Source: Thermomicrobiales bacterium
Lineage (GTDB): Bacteria > Chloroflexota > Chloroflexia > Thermomicrobiales > CFX8
DNA length: 64,000 nt
Reading direction: 5' to 3'
Assembly (NCBI GenBank): GCA_023954495.1
Contig: JAMLIA010000006.1
Location: 4,097 to 68,096 of the forward strand
Below the pieces are notes generated by a model, which ran no database searches, was not told the DNA's origin, and saw only the letters and a program-made list of their open reading frames with translations. Of the stretch, positions 26,001 to 34,905 are shown piece after piece; positions within the stretch are counted from its first letter, which is position 1, and each line of letters begins with the position of its first letter. The translations under genes and the position numbers were made by a program.

Positions 26001-28128
26001 TCGTAGCACCAACAAAGACAGACAGATCCAGCGTCGGTTTTTCGACGGATTCGATCATGACGTTGAATTCGGATGACGTCACGAGGCCAAGGGAGTCCGT
26101 GGCGGTGAGACGCACTCCCCAGATACCTGGCTTCGCGAACGACTGCTGAATCGAAGCGCCATTAATCGGATCGCCGAACGGGTTGCAGGCCACGATGCCG
26201 CCGCAGCCAACGATCACGGTCGATGGCTCCTTGAACTGCCAGCTATAGGTGACATCCAGCCCGAGCGGTGAAACACCATGCGCATTGAACGTCATTGGCG
26301 AGTTCAATATCCGCGCACCGCTATATGTTGGCGCAACATGCGGCCCGCCACCGGAGTCGACAACTGATGCCGAATATTGCTCTCCATCGTCACCAACGTA
26401 GTTGATCGACTCAGAGATGGAGCAGGTGCCGTCGTCGATACACGTGCTCGGGTTGATCTCAGGGTCGGACTCTTCGCGCTGCTTTGCTTGAACGAACTGG
26501 TAGGTGCCTTCATCATCCTGCACCAGCCAGGCGAAGCGATTCACATCGTCCCAATCGGTGTAGAAGAGCCGCAATGACGGGCTAGCGGACGGCGGGAAGT
26601 CAATGGCGCGGAGCTCGTTGATGAACCAGTGCCCATGGATTCGCGTGGTTTCGGCGGCCTCCGCTGATGGCAACTGATGTGAAATCGTCTGCGAGTAGAA
26701 GGACTCGCCCGTTTCAGCCTTCGTGACCGAGAAGAGCGGATCTGTTTGGCTGTAAGCGGGAATCTCCGTTGCATTCAGGCACGGCGCAACCGTTGGGCCG
26801 TACTCGGCGTTGTCGCACGTATCAAATCGTGGAGCTGGCAGTGCAGCAACCAGGAACATCGCGAACAGCCCGCCGACCTTGTCCGGATCGTTCACGATCG
26901 ATGCCAGGTCAGGCGTTGTCGACTGCGCAGTCTGAATGTTGTCAGCGAGCCTGACTGGCAGTTCTCCTTCGACGGAGAAGTTGATGATGGCGATGACGGT
27001 GATGATGATGGTCGCAATAATGAATGCGACTGCCAGCCCAGCTGCTACGGCAGTTGACGCGCCACCTGCGATTGCCAGATCGGCCTTGACCGCTTCTGAT
27101 GCGGCTTTCGCCGTCATACCGGAGGCCATGTAGGCCGAGTAGGCCGCTTGAGCCGAAGCCAGGGTGAAGTCTCCGACGTAGCCAGCGAATGGCGCAACGG
27201 CTTCCCAGATCGCTGTCGAACTCGCGAATGCCGAGGCAACGGTGGAGGAAGTTGCTATCCCGTAGCCGATGGCGGCAGCTGCGACACTGCCAGCACTGAA
27301 TGCGATGGCATTCGCCGTACCTCGTGAAATGCGAGCCAGATCTGGCGAGTCGAGGATCTGGTTTTCCCGAGCAAAGCCCCATTTGACGAACTGATCGTAC
27401 TCAGGCGGCATTTGCTGGCAGCCAGTTGGAGACGTGCAGGGCGTGTAGCAGGTCTGCGTCTGGTAGCCGATGTACTCTTCTTCGTATGGCGACGGCGATC
27501 GATAGTCACAGTATCCAATTGGATTCTCGTACACATCGCTCGCAAGAAAATTGACGAGTGCGCCGTGGTCAGCGCCGGTTGCGATCAGGTTGTTGTAGGC
27601 CTCCAGATTGAGCCCTTTCCAGCTCACATATTCGCGGCCAGCACCGATTGCTGCCTCCACATCCTGACGATGCTGAGCTGTCGTGAGCCAATCCACCACG
27701 TTCTGCTGATCTGTGGTGCGGCTCTCAGCCGGCGTCTTGATCGCTACGACAACGAGGCCCCACAGCTCGGCCAGCGCGTCTTCGCGCGCCCAGCTGAGGA
27801 CGGCGTCGCCGTCGTCTGGGTCGAGGCCGTGGACTGCGATGACGGACGCGATTGCCGCGTTCTCCATCGCCCGGATTGACTCGGCCTGTTCAGGAGTGGC
27901 CTCATATTTCCCGAACGTCAGCGTCCCCTCGTTGATCAGTGGGGGTGGTGCGTAAACCGCTGCCGATGCCGGCTCGGCAAAGCGGTACACATACGACATC
28001 ATCATGGCGACGATGAGCAGATAGACGAGTGACCGCGACCAGAGCGGTCTCGTCCTGGATGACCTGCGCCGCCCATTGCGTCGCGTTAACCCTGATGAGC
28101 GCTCCCTCACCTTACGCGCCGTTCTCAT
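23071..28128 (-). CDS. Giant (1685 aa) cell-surface protein: N-terminal signal/anchor, an unknown Cys-rich domain, an internal hydrophobic hairpin, PKD-like and MBG-like domains, four ~151-aa Ig-like tandem repeats, and a helical C-terminal tail
   Basis: Single uninterrupted ORF. The N-terminus has an R-rich stretch followed by LVYLLIVAMMMSYVY..ASAA. PKD-like motifs are present (TVDWGDGSP...HRYAAIGHYQVNVTVSD). The repeats have the consensus D.TAP.V...V.GT.GNDGWYTSDVT.TWTV.D..SGITSMTGCD...KRDATAP.LSPTI. Confidence 0.9.
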   Translation of the reverse strand: MRTARKVRERSSGLTRRNGRRRSSRTRPLWSRSLVYLLIVAMMMSYVYRFAEPASAAVYAPPPLINEGTLTFGKYEATPEQAESIRAMENAAIASVIAVHGLDPDDGDAVLSWAREDALAELWGLVVVAIKTPAESRTTDQQNVVDWLTTAQHRQDVEAAIGAGREYVSWKGLNLEAYNNLIATGADHGALVNFLASDVYENPIGYCDYRSPSPYEEEYIGYQTQTCYTPCTSPTGCQQMPPEYDQFVKWGFARENQILDSPDLARISRGTANAIAFSAGSVAAAAIGYGIATSSTVASAFASSTAIWEAVAPFAGYVGDFTLASAQAAYSAYMASGMTAKAASEAVKADLAIAGGASTAVAAGLAVAFIIATIIITVIAIINFSVEGELPVRLADNIQTAQSTTPDLASIVNDPDKVGGLFAMFLVAALPAPRFDTCDNAEYGPTVAPCLNATEIPAYSQTDPLFSVTKAETGESFYSQTISHQLPSAEAAETTRIHGHWFINELRAIDFPPSASPSLRLFYTDWDDVNRFAWLVQDDEGTYQFVQAKQREESDPEINPSTCIDDGTCSISESINYVGDDGEQYSASVVDSGGGPHVAPTYSGARILNSPMTFNAHGVSPLGLDVTYSWQFKEPSTVIVGCGGIVACNPFGDPINGASIQQSFAKPGIWGVRLTATDSLGLVTSSEFNVMIESVEKPTLDLSVFVGATTCTPEVVCDVRSGVPQQAMEVTGLTVAPFAEDEVRLTVDWGDGSPALSVAESPMMIELGVDDIDLIPVAGSVGTYKIWSQHRYAAIGHYQVNVTVSDAAGATSLVATYVILNGVTVSWPAPDPITYGTALGDVPLSYTATDAAGQPVSGTFAVTVDGDAYDASQILPVGTHTLTVQFTPNVGNTWVPDPVSVQLEVLAQHLTITAPSYDVPDNAASLPDIAAVTYDGFASGEDVNNLNGTLSCVLQDKAGNAVALSPVPPRGVYTITCQGLTSQNYEISWVDGTLVVVDSTPPIVHPVVFGTQGRNGWYTSNVTFEWWYSDNESPITSVVGCDVFDVTTDSVGPDGVSSTCQVTSSGGVTTQVLTIKRDATAPSLNPTIAPDVILLNSEATATPNASDAASGIASQSCPTIDTSSVGEHTITCTATDVAGNSASASITYTVIDNTAPTVEATVAGTIGNDGWYTSDVTVTWTVADEDSGITSMTGCDRVVVAEDTAGTTITCTAVSAGGSTTGSVTFKRDATAPALSPTIEPTDIMLNSEASATPNADDALSGVASQHCPIVDTSSVGEHSITCTATDAAGNSATADITYLVHDPSPPVVVANVTGTLGNDDWYTSDVTITWTVTDDDSGITVMTGCDQTVINTDTAETTFTCTAASDGGSTTESVTVKRDATAPTLSPTIDPTVILFNSEATATSNATDTLSGVASQNCPSVDTASLGEHMITCTATDIAGNSATADFTYTVNDATAPSVEATLDGTLGNDGWYTSDVTITWTVTDDESGITSMTGCDQTVVTEDTAERTLTCTAVSAGGSSTKSVSVKRDATAPEVVFTGNQGTYGLLDTIVISCSVSDATSGVASDTCADLNRKASSLSAGDQSITATALDQAGNSSSTQATFRVVATHADLCGLSREILTSAREANSLCSMLAAAENAARRGQEQVAFTMMVRFQVAVSFSAMLGMMPANDAALLLRWSRAL
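23305..25140 (-). repeat. Four in-frame tandem repeats with a ~453-nt period (150-154 aa each) inside the giant surface-protein gene
   Basis: The landmark string gtgacatc(g/a)ct(g/c)gt(g/a)taccag recurs at 23693, 24146 and 24599, with a diverged copy at 25061. This gives periods of 453, 453 and 462 nt. The antisense shadow ORFs 23366..24088, 24236..24688 and 24689..25177 mirror the repeat. Confidence 0.85.
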
Positions 28129-28568
28129 GTGTACCCTGTCCTCGCAGTTTCTTCATCGTGTCGCTCACTTCCTGGTGATGAACATCTGCTACTCACGCGA
28201 CGTGAGGTCGTGCCCCCTGACGATGTGGATGAACGAACCTGGCAAGTGCGCCGAGAGATCGAGACGTCTGGTCAACCCGCAGGAACGGGCGGAGTGATTG
28301 GAAACATCGGAGTCTGCGCGCACGTCGTTGCCCTTCTCGTCACACAATTGCCAGATGCAAATCCGGTCGCCTGGAGCGGCCGGTCAACGGACACTGCGTG
28401 CGCCAATCTGTCCGGCCACTCCAGGGACTGCATTCAGCGTAGTGAGTGAGGCTGGGGTTGACTTCCGTGCAAGCCGCCAATCTGCGACATATGACATGGC
28501 GGTTTGCACCTATGCCGGAGTGGCGGTTACAGGTATCGACTTGCGAATGGGTGCGTTGAGGAAGTGGC

Positions 28569-31500
28569 TCAGGAGTTGAAGAAGTTGTGGCGGTGCGCCA
28601 GCGCGATGGCCTCAGCCCGGCTGGACACGTCGATCTTTGTGTAGATGTTGGCGGAGTGTCGTTCAACTGTGCGCACACTCATCGAGAGCTCGTGCGCAAT
28701 GTCCTTGTTGCTGCGACCGGCAGCGATCAGTCGCAAGACATCGAGTTCGCGAGGGCTCAGTCCATATTGCGGCGCGGAGTCCGTGTGCAGCGGCAACTGC
28801 GTCTCCGCTGCGTCCACTCGCGCCAACACGGTCTCCGCGCGAATTGGCTCACAGATCCTGCGGACTTCCTGAAGCGCGATTCGGGCTAGCTCAAATTGCC
28901 CAGTCGCTAAGTACAGATCGGCGTAGACCTGCATTGAAACCGCCCGCTCGTACGGCAATGCGCAGGCGGTTGACAGTGAAAGCGACTGATCGAGATGATG
29001 GGCGGCAGCGGCAGCATTTCCTGTGATGATCTCCAGCCGTCCGACTGCGCGGTGGGCCATCGAGAGCAGTAGCGGTTGACGTGGCTCGCTGGCCAGATCG
29101 AGCGCAGTTCGCGCGTGATGCATGGCGGACTCGTTGTCGCCGGTCAGGGAGCAGAATCGCGTCCACAACAAGTGCCCTTCTGCCCGCCCGATCACTGCGC
29201 CGCTCCACTCAACCCAGCGGCCGTGCGCCACGATCCATTCATGAGCTGTCGGCAGGTCTCCCGCATCCATCGCCAGCCCGGCCGCCAATTCCTGAATCAT
29301 GAGCACATCAATGAACCCCTGGTTGCCGGGTTCGGTGGCCGCGCCGGTGGGGAGCAATTCGTGAATGAACTCCCACGCCTCTGCGACCTTGCCCTGATCT
29401 CGCTTCAGCTGAGCCAGCACCGTGCCCAACTTGATATGCCACCATGACACATTTGTTTCTTCGGAGCCGTACGCCTCTTCTGCCGCCTGAATGTCCGACC
29501 AGCGACATTCGAGAAGCGCGAGGTATGAAATTGACGCGACGAGCGGCAGGTTAACCTCTGTCGAAAACGTGCCGACAACCTGTTGGTACATGGCGGCGAT
29601 GTGCTGCGCGAGGAAGCCACGCTCTCTTACCTGCTCGGTGCGATATGGCAAGAGCACGAGCTCAAGCTCTTGCGAGTAGACATCGCCGATCAGCATCCGA
29701 TGGTCAATGGCCTGATACATCGCTCGTGCGGACGCGAACGCTCGGTCTGCGTCGTCCGGTCGACCGACGAGTGCGTACGCGATGCCAAGGCCGTTGTACA
29801 GATCCGCCCAACCGCTGCCGGTGTTGCCACCAAGGTCAGGCGTCAGGCGCGCTCGCTCTGGATCGGGAGGCCAGATCGTCGCTAATGCTTCGCCGATGGT
29901 GAGCGCTTCCTCGATATATCCCAACCAGGCCAGATTGGTGACGACAGTCCCCCATGTGAGGCATATTGGATGATCAGGCTGGTCTGACAACAATCGCGCT
30001 GCCCGACAGTGCAACGCGACTGACTCCTGCGCCTCGGCAATACCTAGCGGTGGAACACCGCACGCATCGAACGCCCCTGCGCGGAGCGCAGCGTCTGTTT
30101 CTCGGCAGGCTGCCTCAGCTTCACGGATGCCCCGTCGCATGTCTCCAAGGAGGAATTGCAGGTAGCCGGAATAGAACGACGCCAGGGCCCTCAATAGCGG
30201 ATCGTCCAGACGCATGGCTGCCGGGAGTACGTCCTGAATCGCCGCGAGGCCGCGCTGAGGATCATCGAAGCGGCGCATGATGCCAGACCAGAACTGGAGC
30301 CAGCTGTATTCGCGCGTGCGATCAACCTCGTGGCGGAGCCAATTCGCGGCAGCGTCGAAATGATCGGCTGCCTCAACCCAGGCGTGTGACCAATGCGCGC
30401 GTCGCCCCGCCTCGATGAGCCATTCGACTGCACGCGGATCGTTGGCCTCCTGATAGTGTTGTGCCACCAGATCGGGCAACGCAGGACGCGATGACGCATA
30501 CGCCTCGGCAATCTTCTGATGCCACAACCGTCGTCGCGGACCGTGCAGGGACTCTACGAGCGCATCGCGAATCAACGCATGATGGAATCGGAGTTGGTCT
30601 GTCGTTTCGCCTTCGTCAAGGATGCGAGCTTCGAGTGCCTCGTCGCAGATATCGAGCAGCGTGGCATCGTCGAATCCGCAAATCGCTGCCCACAGGTCGA
30701 GCGAAACGTTCTCCCCGAGCATGGCTGCGACCTGCAACGCTGAGCGCGCTTCAGGCGTCAGCCGTTGCAAACGGACATCGATCACTTCGCGCAGGCGGTT
30801 GGGAATGCGGAGATGCGCGACATCTGTCAGCACCCAGCGCTCCATGTTACGGGTCAGCGTGCCGCTTTCCTCAAACGAGCGCAGCAACTCGTTGGCAAAG
30901 AGCGCGTTGCCCTGGGTTAGATCAACAAGCATGTCGGCCAACTTCTCGACATCCGGATCTGCAAGGCAATAGCGCGCCTTTACCAGGTCGGCGAGACCAG
31001 ACCGATCAATGGGCTGGAGGGTGAGTCGTTCTGCGTGCGTATCGCGCACGAGATGCGGTAACTGCTGCGCGAGGGGATAGCGCGAGGTGAGCGCATCGTC
31101 GCGATACGAACCAACAATGAGCAGTGGGATTGTCACGGACCGCCGACCGACGAAACGCAGCAGGTCGATGCTCGATTGATCGGACCAATGCAGGTCTTCC
31201 AGTATGAGGCAGATGGGTCGCTGTTTGCTCGCTGCTTCGACAAACACACAGAAGGATTCGAACAGTGCCAGTTGGCTTGGTGCGGCGGCGGCTTGTCCAT
31301 CCGCCCACAACTGGCCAGGCGGAGCGGGAGGTGGATCGCCAACCGGTGGATGCCTCGCTATATGCATTTCCCAGGCGCGAGCAATGCCAATCCAGGGAGA
31401 ATATGGTCGGGATATTTCCTGATCGGAACAGTTGCCGATCAATACGGTGACGTCCTGTGCGGATGCAATGTGGGTCAAATCCTCAAGCAGGGCCGTTTTG

Positions 31501-31655
31501 CCGACACCAGCTTCACCACGGAGCAACACGAGTCCGCCGGTACCAGCGATCGCTTGCGACAAGTGCGCCTTCAGGAGCGTCCGCTCATTGTCTCGGCCAA
31601 CAAGAATTGTGGAGAGCCTCTGATGGGCTTCATATGCATCGCCGCGGTCGTCCAT
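28569..31655 (-). CDS. LAL-type regulator: N-terminal AAA/STAND ATPase, a TPR-like helical middle region, and a C-terminal LuxR HTH
   Basis: 1028-aa ORF with Walker A (GEAGVGKTAL) and Walker B-like (CLILEDLHWSD) motifs. The C-terminal LuxR/GerE HTH reads LSPRELDVLRLIAAGRSNKDIAHELSMSVRTVERHSANIYTKI. Confidence 0.9.
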   Translation of the reverse strand: MDDRGDAYEAHQRLSTILVGRDNERTLLKAHLSQAIAGTGGLVLLRGEAGVGKTALLEDLTHIASAQDVTVLIGNCSDQEISRPYSPWIGIARAWEMHIARHPPVGDPPPAPPGQLWADGQAAAAPSQLALFESFCVFVEAASKQRPICLILEDLHWSDQSSIDLLRFVGRRSVTIPLLIVGSYRDDALTSRYPLAQQLPHLVRDTHAERLTLQPIDRSGLADLVKARYCLADPDVEKLADMLVDLTQGNALFANELLRSFEESGTLTRNMERWVLTDVAHLRIPNRLREVIDVRLQRLTPEARSALQVAAMLGENVSLDLWAAICGFDDATLLDICDEALEARILDEGETTDQLRFHHALIRDALVESLHGPRRRLWHQKIAEAYASSRPALPDLVAQHYQEANDPRAVEWLIEAGRRAHWSHAWVEAADHFDAAANWLRHEVDRTREYSWLQFWSGIMRRFDDPQRGLAAIQDVLPAAMRLDDPLLRALASFYSGYLQFLLGDMRRGIREAEAACRETDAALRAGAFDACGVPPLGIAEAQESVALHCRAARLLSDQPDHPICLTWGTVVTNLAWLGYIEEALTIGEALATIWPPDPERARLTPDLGGNTGSGWADLYNGLGIAYALVGRPDDADRAFASARAMYQAIDHRMLIGDVYSQELELVLLPYRTEQVRERGFLAQHIAAMYQQVVGTFSTEVNLPLVASISYLALLECRWSDIQAAEEAYGSEETNVSWWHIKLGTVLAQLKRDQGKVAEAWEFIHELLPTGAATEPGNQGFIDVLMIQELAAGLAMDAGDLPTAHEWIVAHGRWVEWSGAVIGRAEGHLLWTRFCSLTGDNESAMHHARTALDLASEPRQPLLLSMAHRAVGRLEIITGNAAAAAHHLDQSLSLSTACALPYERAVSMQVYADLYLATGQFELARIALQEVRRICEPIRAETVLARVDAAETQLPLHTDSAPQYGLSPRELDVLRLIAAGRSNKDIAHELSMSVRTVERHSANIYTKIDVSSRAEAIALAHRHNFFNS

Positions 31656-31859
31656 TGAGGCGTCGCCCGTCGGTCAAAGTGGCTGCGTCTGCTCATAGTG
31701 GTCGCTCGTTCGCAGTATAGCAGCCGGTGTTGTTGGCAGCGAATAATTTGCGCAAGTGAGATGCTGTGTGTTGATTGCAGGCGAAGAACAGCGCGGTTGT
31801 CATGCAGCAAAGCACGACGACCGCGCTACTCAGAAGATCGCGCGTTGTTGTGAGATTGT

Positions 31860-33266
31860 CTAGGCCTTGTATTGCGCCCCAGCCCCAGCAGCTCGATCCT
31901 TGTTGAGCCGCCGGTTCAGGTGCAGGCCCTCCAGCACGAACTCGACGCCAGACGCGACGCCAGCCGGGCTACCGGGCAGGTCCAGCTTCTCCAGCGCCTC
32001 GCGGACGCCATCGATATGCGAGACCTGATGGACGTAGTTCATCGCCGGGAGATCGTCGGCGGCATCGACGGTCAGGCCATTGTCGAAGCCGAGGACGAGA
32101 TCGTCGAACTCACGGACGGAGAAGTAGCGGTTGAACGTAGCGATGATCGCACCCTGAATCAGCTTCTCAACGATGCGATCCTCGCGAACCTCGCCCATCG
32201 TTTCCAGCTCGATCTTGCCGGTGGTCGAGGCGATGACCGCTCGCAGATCGGAGATGCGCGGCACGGCCTGCTTCTCGTTCAGCCGGATCGTCCGCTTGAG
32301 CGCGCTGGCAACGACGTTCTCATAATTAGCGATCGACATGCGCACTGAGACACCGGAGCGCTGGCTGATGTCGTGGCTGCGACGGGCCAGGTGCGTGATC
32401 TCGGCGATGATCTCGCGCATGAACTGCGGGACGTACAGATCGACACCGTCGGTCGGCGCGGGCAGCGACTCCTGCGCCATGATGTCCATCTCCAGCTCGA
32501 TCGTCTCCGGGTAGTGTGTGCGAATCTGCGAGCCGTAGCGGTCCTTCAGCGGCGTGATGATGCGACCGCGGTTGGTGTAGTCCTCCGGGTTGGCGCTGGC
32601 GACGACGTAGACATCTAGCGGCAATCGCACGCGGTAGCCACGGATCTGGACATCGCGCTCCTCCATGATATTGAGCAGGCCGACCTGGATACGCTCGGCG
32701 AGGTCCGGCAACTCATTCATGGCGAAGATGCCGCGGTTGGTTCGGGGAATCATGCCGTAGTGGATTGTCAATTCGTCGGAGAGGTAGCGGCCTTCGGCTA
32801 CCTTGATCGGATCGACTTCACCGATCAGGTCAGCGATGGTCGTATCGGGCGTTGCCAGCTTCTCAGCATAGCGCCGCTCACGACCGATCCACTCGATCGG
32901 GGTGTCGTCGCCCTTTTCTGCAATCAGGTCGATGGCGTAGCGGCTGATTGGATTGAACGGATCGTCATTGATTTCGCTGCCGGCGACGATTGGTACGAAT
33001 TCGTCGAGCAGGTTCACGAGGCTACGGGCCATACGTGTTTTGGCCTGTCCACGCTCACCGAGGAAGATGATGTCCTGACCGGAGAGAATCGCATTCTCGA
33101 TCTGCGGCAGCACGGTCTCTTCATAGCCGACGACACCGTCAAAGAGCGGCTGATCGGAACGAAGGCGGGCGATCAGGTTCCTGCGCATCTCTTCGCGAAC
33201 TGGTAGGACGGTGTAGCCGCTGGCGCGCAGTTCGCCTAATGTTTGAGCCTGGTGCTGATCCGACAT
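31860..33266 (-). CDS. ChlI/MoxR-like AAA+ ATPase (magnesium-chelatase subunit I family); presumed partner of the VWA protein
   Basis: Walker A reads FLGERGQAKTRMA, Walker B-like reads GIFAMNELPDL, followed by LLNIMEERDVQIRGY. ATG 33266 (MSDQHQ..) lies behind a GAAAGG RBS; ATG 33314 is an alternative start. Confidence 0.85.
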   Translation of the reverse strand: MSDQHQAQTLGELRASGYTVLPVREEMRRNLIARLRSDQPLFDGVVGYEETVLPQIENAILSGQDIIFLGERGQAKTRMARSLVNLLDEFVPIVAGSEINDDPFNPISRYAIDLIAEKGDDTPIEWIGRERRYAEKLATPDTTIADLIGEVDPIKVAEGRYLSDELTIHYGMIPRTNRGIFAMNELPDLAERIQVGLLNIMEERDVQIRGYRVRLPLDVYVVASANPEDYTNRGRIITPLKDRYGSQIRTHYPETIELEMDIMAQESLPAPTDGVDLYVPQFMREIIAEITHLARRSHDISQRSGVSVRMSIANYENVVASALKRTIRLNEKQAVPRISDLRAVIASTTGKIELETMGEVREDRIVEKLIQGAIIATFNRYFSVREFDDLVLGFDNGLTVDAADDLPAMNYVHQVSHIDGVREALEKLDLPGSPAGVASGVEFVLEGLHLNRRLNKDRAAGAGAQYKA

Positions 33267-33441
33267 AGTGATCGAACCTTTCTGCAACGGTGGGTGAACG
33301 ATTCGGATGCGCAATCCGCTTCACGAGCCGTTGGCATTTTCGAGCGGAGGGCGGAAGAGGTGGCGCACATCAGTCATGTATATGTGACGCGTGCTGCGCT
33401 CAATCGTACTGCCGCGCGTCGGGCTGTCAAGAAAAAACAAC

Positions 33442-34824
33442 TCAGTGGTGCGTCAATCGTTCTGCGAGCGAACGACCGTCCGATGGGACGCCGGTTCGCT
33501 CAGCCTTGGCGTCCAACTGTGCGAAACCACGCTGAACCAGCCGCACGCCCAGAAAGCGGTACGGCTCCGGCTCCCACGGCTTTGGTGCGTGCTGGGCCAT
33601 CGGCAGGCGGACGAGGTCGGTGTCACGACCAAGGATCTGATCCGCGAGCACGCGGCCACTCAGGTTTGAGGTGGCGACACCGGTACCGGTATATGCACCG
33701 GCCATAGCGACGTTCTCGCGCGGATCGAATCGCATCGTTGGCATGTAGTCTCGCGACCAGCCCAGCGCGCCTCCCCACGAGTGCGTGAACTTCACATCCT
33801 TCAACATCGGGAACCACGTGCGCACGTTTTCCTGCAACATGTGGTGGGTCGGACCATGGCGATCGTACTCGTCGCGGATCGCCGAGCCGAAGTGGTACGG
33901 CGCGCCGCGACCGCCGAACATGATTCGGCCGTCGGATGTGCGCGACAGGTAGTTCACCATGAAGCTCATTGATGAAACGCATTCATGTGCGTCCCAGCCG
34001 ATCTCCTGCCAGTCTGACTCCGTGAGCGGCTCGGTCAGCGTGATGAGGGAATAGGCCGGCAGGACTGCGCGGCGCATTTTCGGAAGCTGGCTGATGAATG
34101 CCTCACCTGCCAGAACCAGCGTCTTCGCGCGGACGTGTCCGGTGTCCGTGTGTAGCGCAGGCCACGCTCCGGCCGTGAAGTCGGTGACGCGCGTCTGCTC
34201 GTAGATCGTTGCGCCGCGCTGCTCGACCGCGCGGGCCAGGCCACGGACGAGCTTGCCCGGCTGGATCGTCGCGGTATGTGGCGTATAGATTGAGCCGAGC
34301 GTGTTGGTGACGTTGATCCGTTCGGCGGTCTCTTGCAGATCAAGCTTCTGGTAGTCGTTGGTCAGACCGAACTTCTCGTACGTAGCCCAGGACGACTCGA
34401 TCGACGGCAACTGGTGCTGACCGCGCGCGAGGCGTAGCGAGCCGCCCTTGCGCCACTCGATATCGATTTCTTCCTGCTCCGCCCGCGCGCCGACTTCATC
34501 GACCGCATCCCACATCGCGTGTTGCACAGCCAGTGCGGCGTCGCGACCATAGCGATCTGCCAGTGACGACAGGCCGAGCGGGAAGCCCGATGTGCACCAT
34601 GCGCCGTTGCGACCCGACGCGCCGAAGCCGGCGATCTCAGCTTCGAGGATCGCGATCTTCAAGGTCGGTTCATGCTCGAGCAGATAGTAGGCGGTCCAGA
34701 GCCCGGTATATCCCGCTCCGAGGATGGCCACATCGACGTCGATTGATCCGCGCAGCGCGGGACGCGGCGTGAGATCGTCGCCACAGGTTTCCAGCCAGTA
34801 GCTATAGCTTGCGTAGTTCTTCAT
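33442..34824 (-). CDS. FAD-dependent oxidoreductase (DAO family, gamma-glutamylputrescine oxidase-like)
   Basis: The dinucleotide-binding motif DVDVAILGAGYTGLWTA is present. The product is about 460 aa. ATG 34824 lies behind a GAGGAG RBS. Confidence 0.85.
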   Translation of the reverse strand: MKNYASYSYWLETCGDDLTPRPALRGSIDVDVAILGAGYTGLWTAYYLLEHEPTLKIAILEAEIAGFGASGRNGAWCTSGFPLGLSSLADRYGRDAALAVQHAMWDAVDEVGARAEQEEIDIEWRKGGSLRLARGQHQLPSIESSWATYEKFGLTNDYQKLDLQETAERINVTNTLGSIYTPHTATIQPGKLVRGLARAVEQRGATIYEQTRVTDFTAGAWPALHTDTGHVRAKTLVLAGEAFISQLPKMRRAVLPAYSLITLTEPLTESDWQEIGWDAHECVSSMSFMVNYLSRTSDGRIMFGGRGAPYHFGSAIRDEYDRHGPTHHMLQENVRTWFPMLKDVKFTHSWGGALGWSRDYMPTMRFDPRENVAMAGAYTGTGVATSNLSGRVLADQILGRDTDLVRLPMAQHAPKPWEPEPYRFLGVRLVQRGFAQLDAKAERTGVPSDGRSLAERLTHH

Positions 34825-34905
34825 TGACCGACTCACTCCTCGCATTCCAGTGCGTACCTTGCCTGAGGCGGCATTCTACGGGCATACGCGCCCGCTCGGA
34901 CCCGA

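Noticed and set aside
33315-33441. TTGACA-N17-ACGATT promoter-like element on the minus strand upstream of the AAA+ ATPase gene
   Set aside because: The -35 hexamer is perfect (33425..33430, minus strand), but the -10 hexamer is poor. This is not enough support to annotate it.
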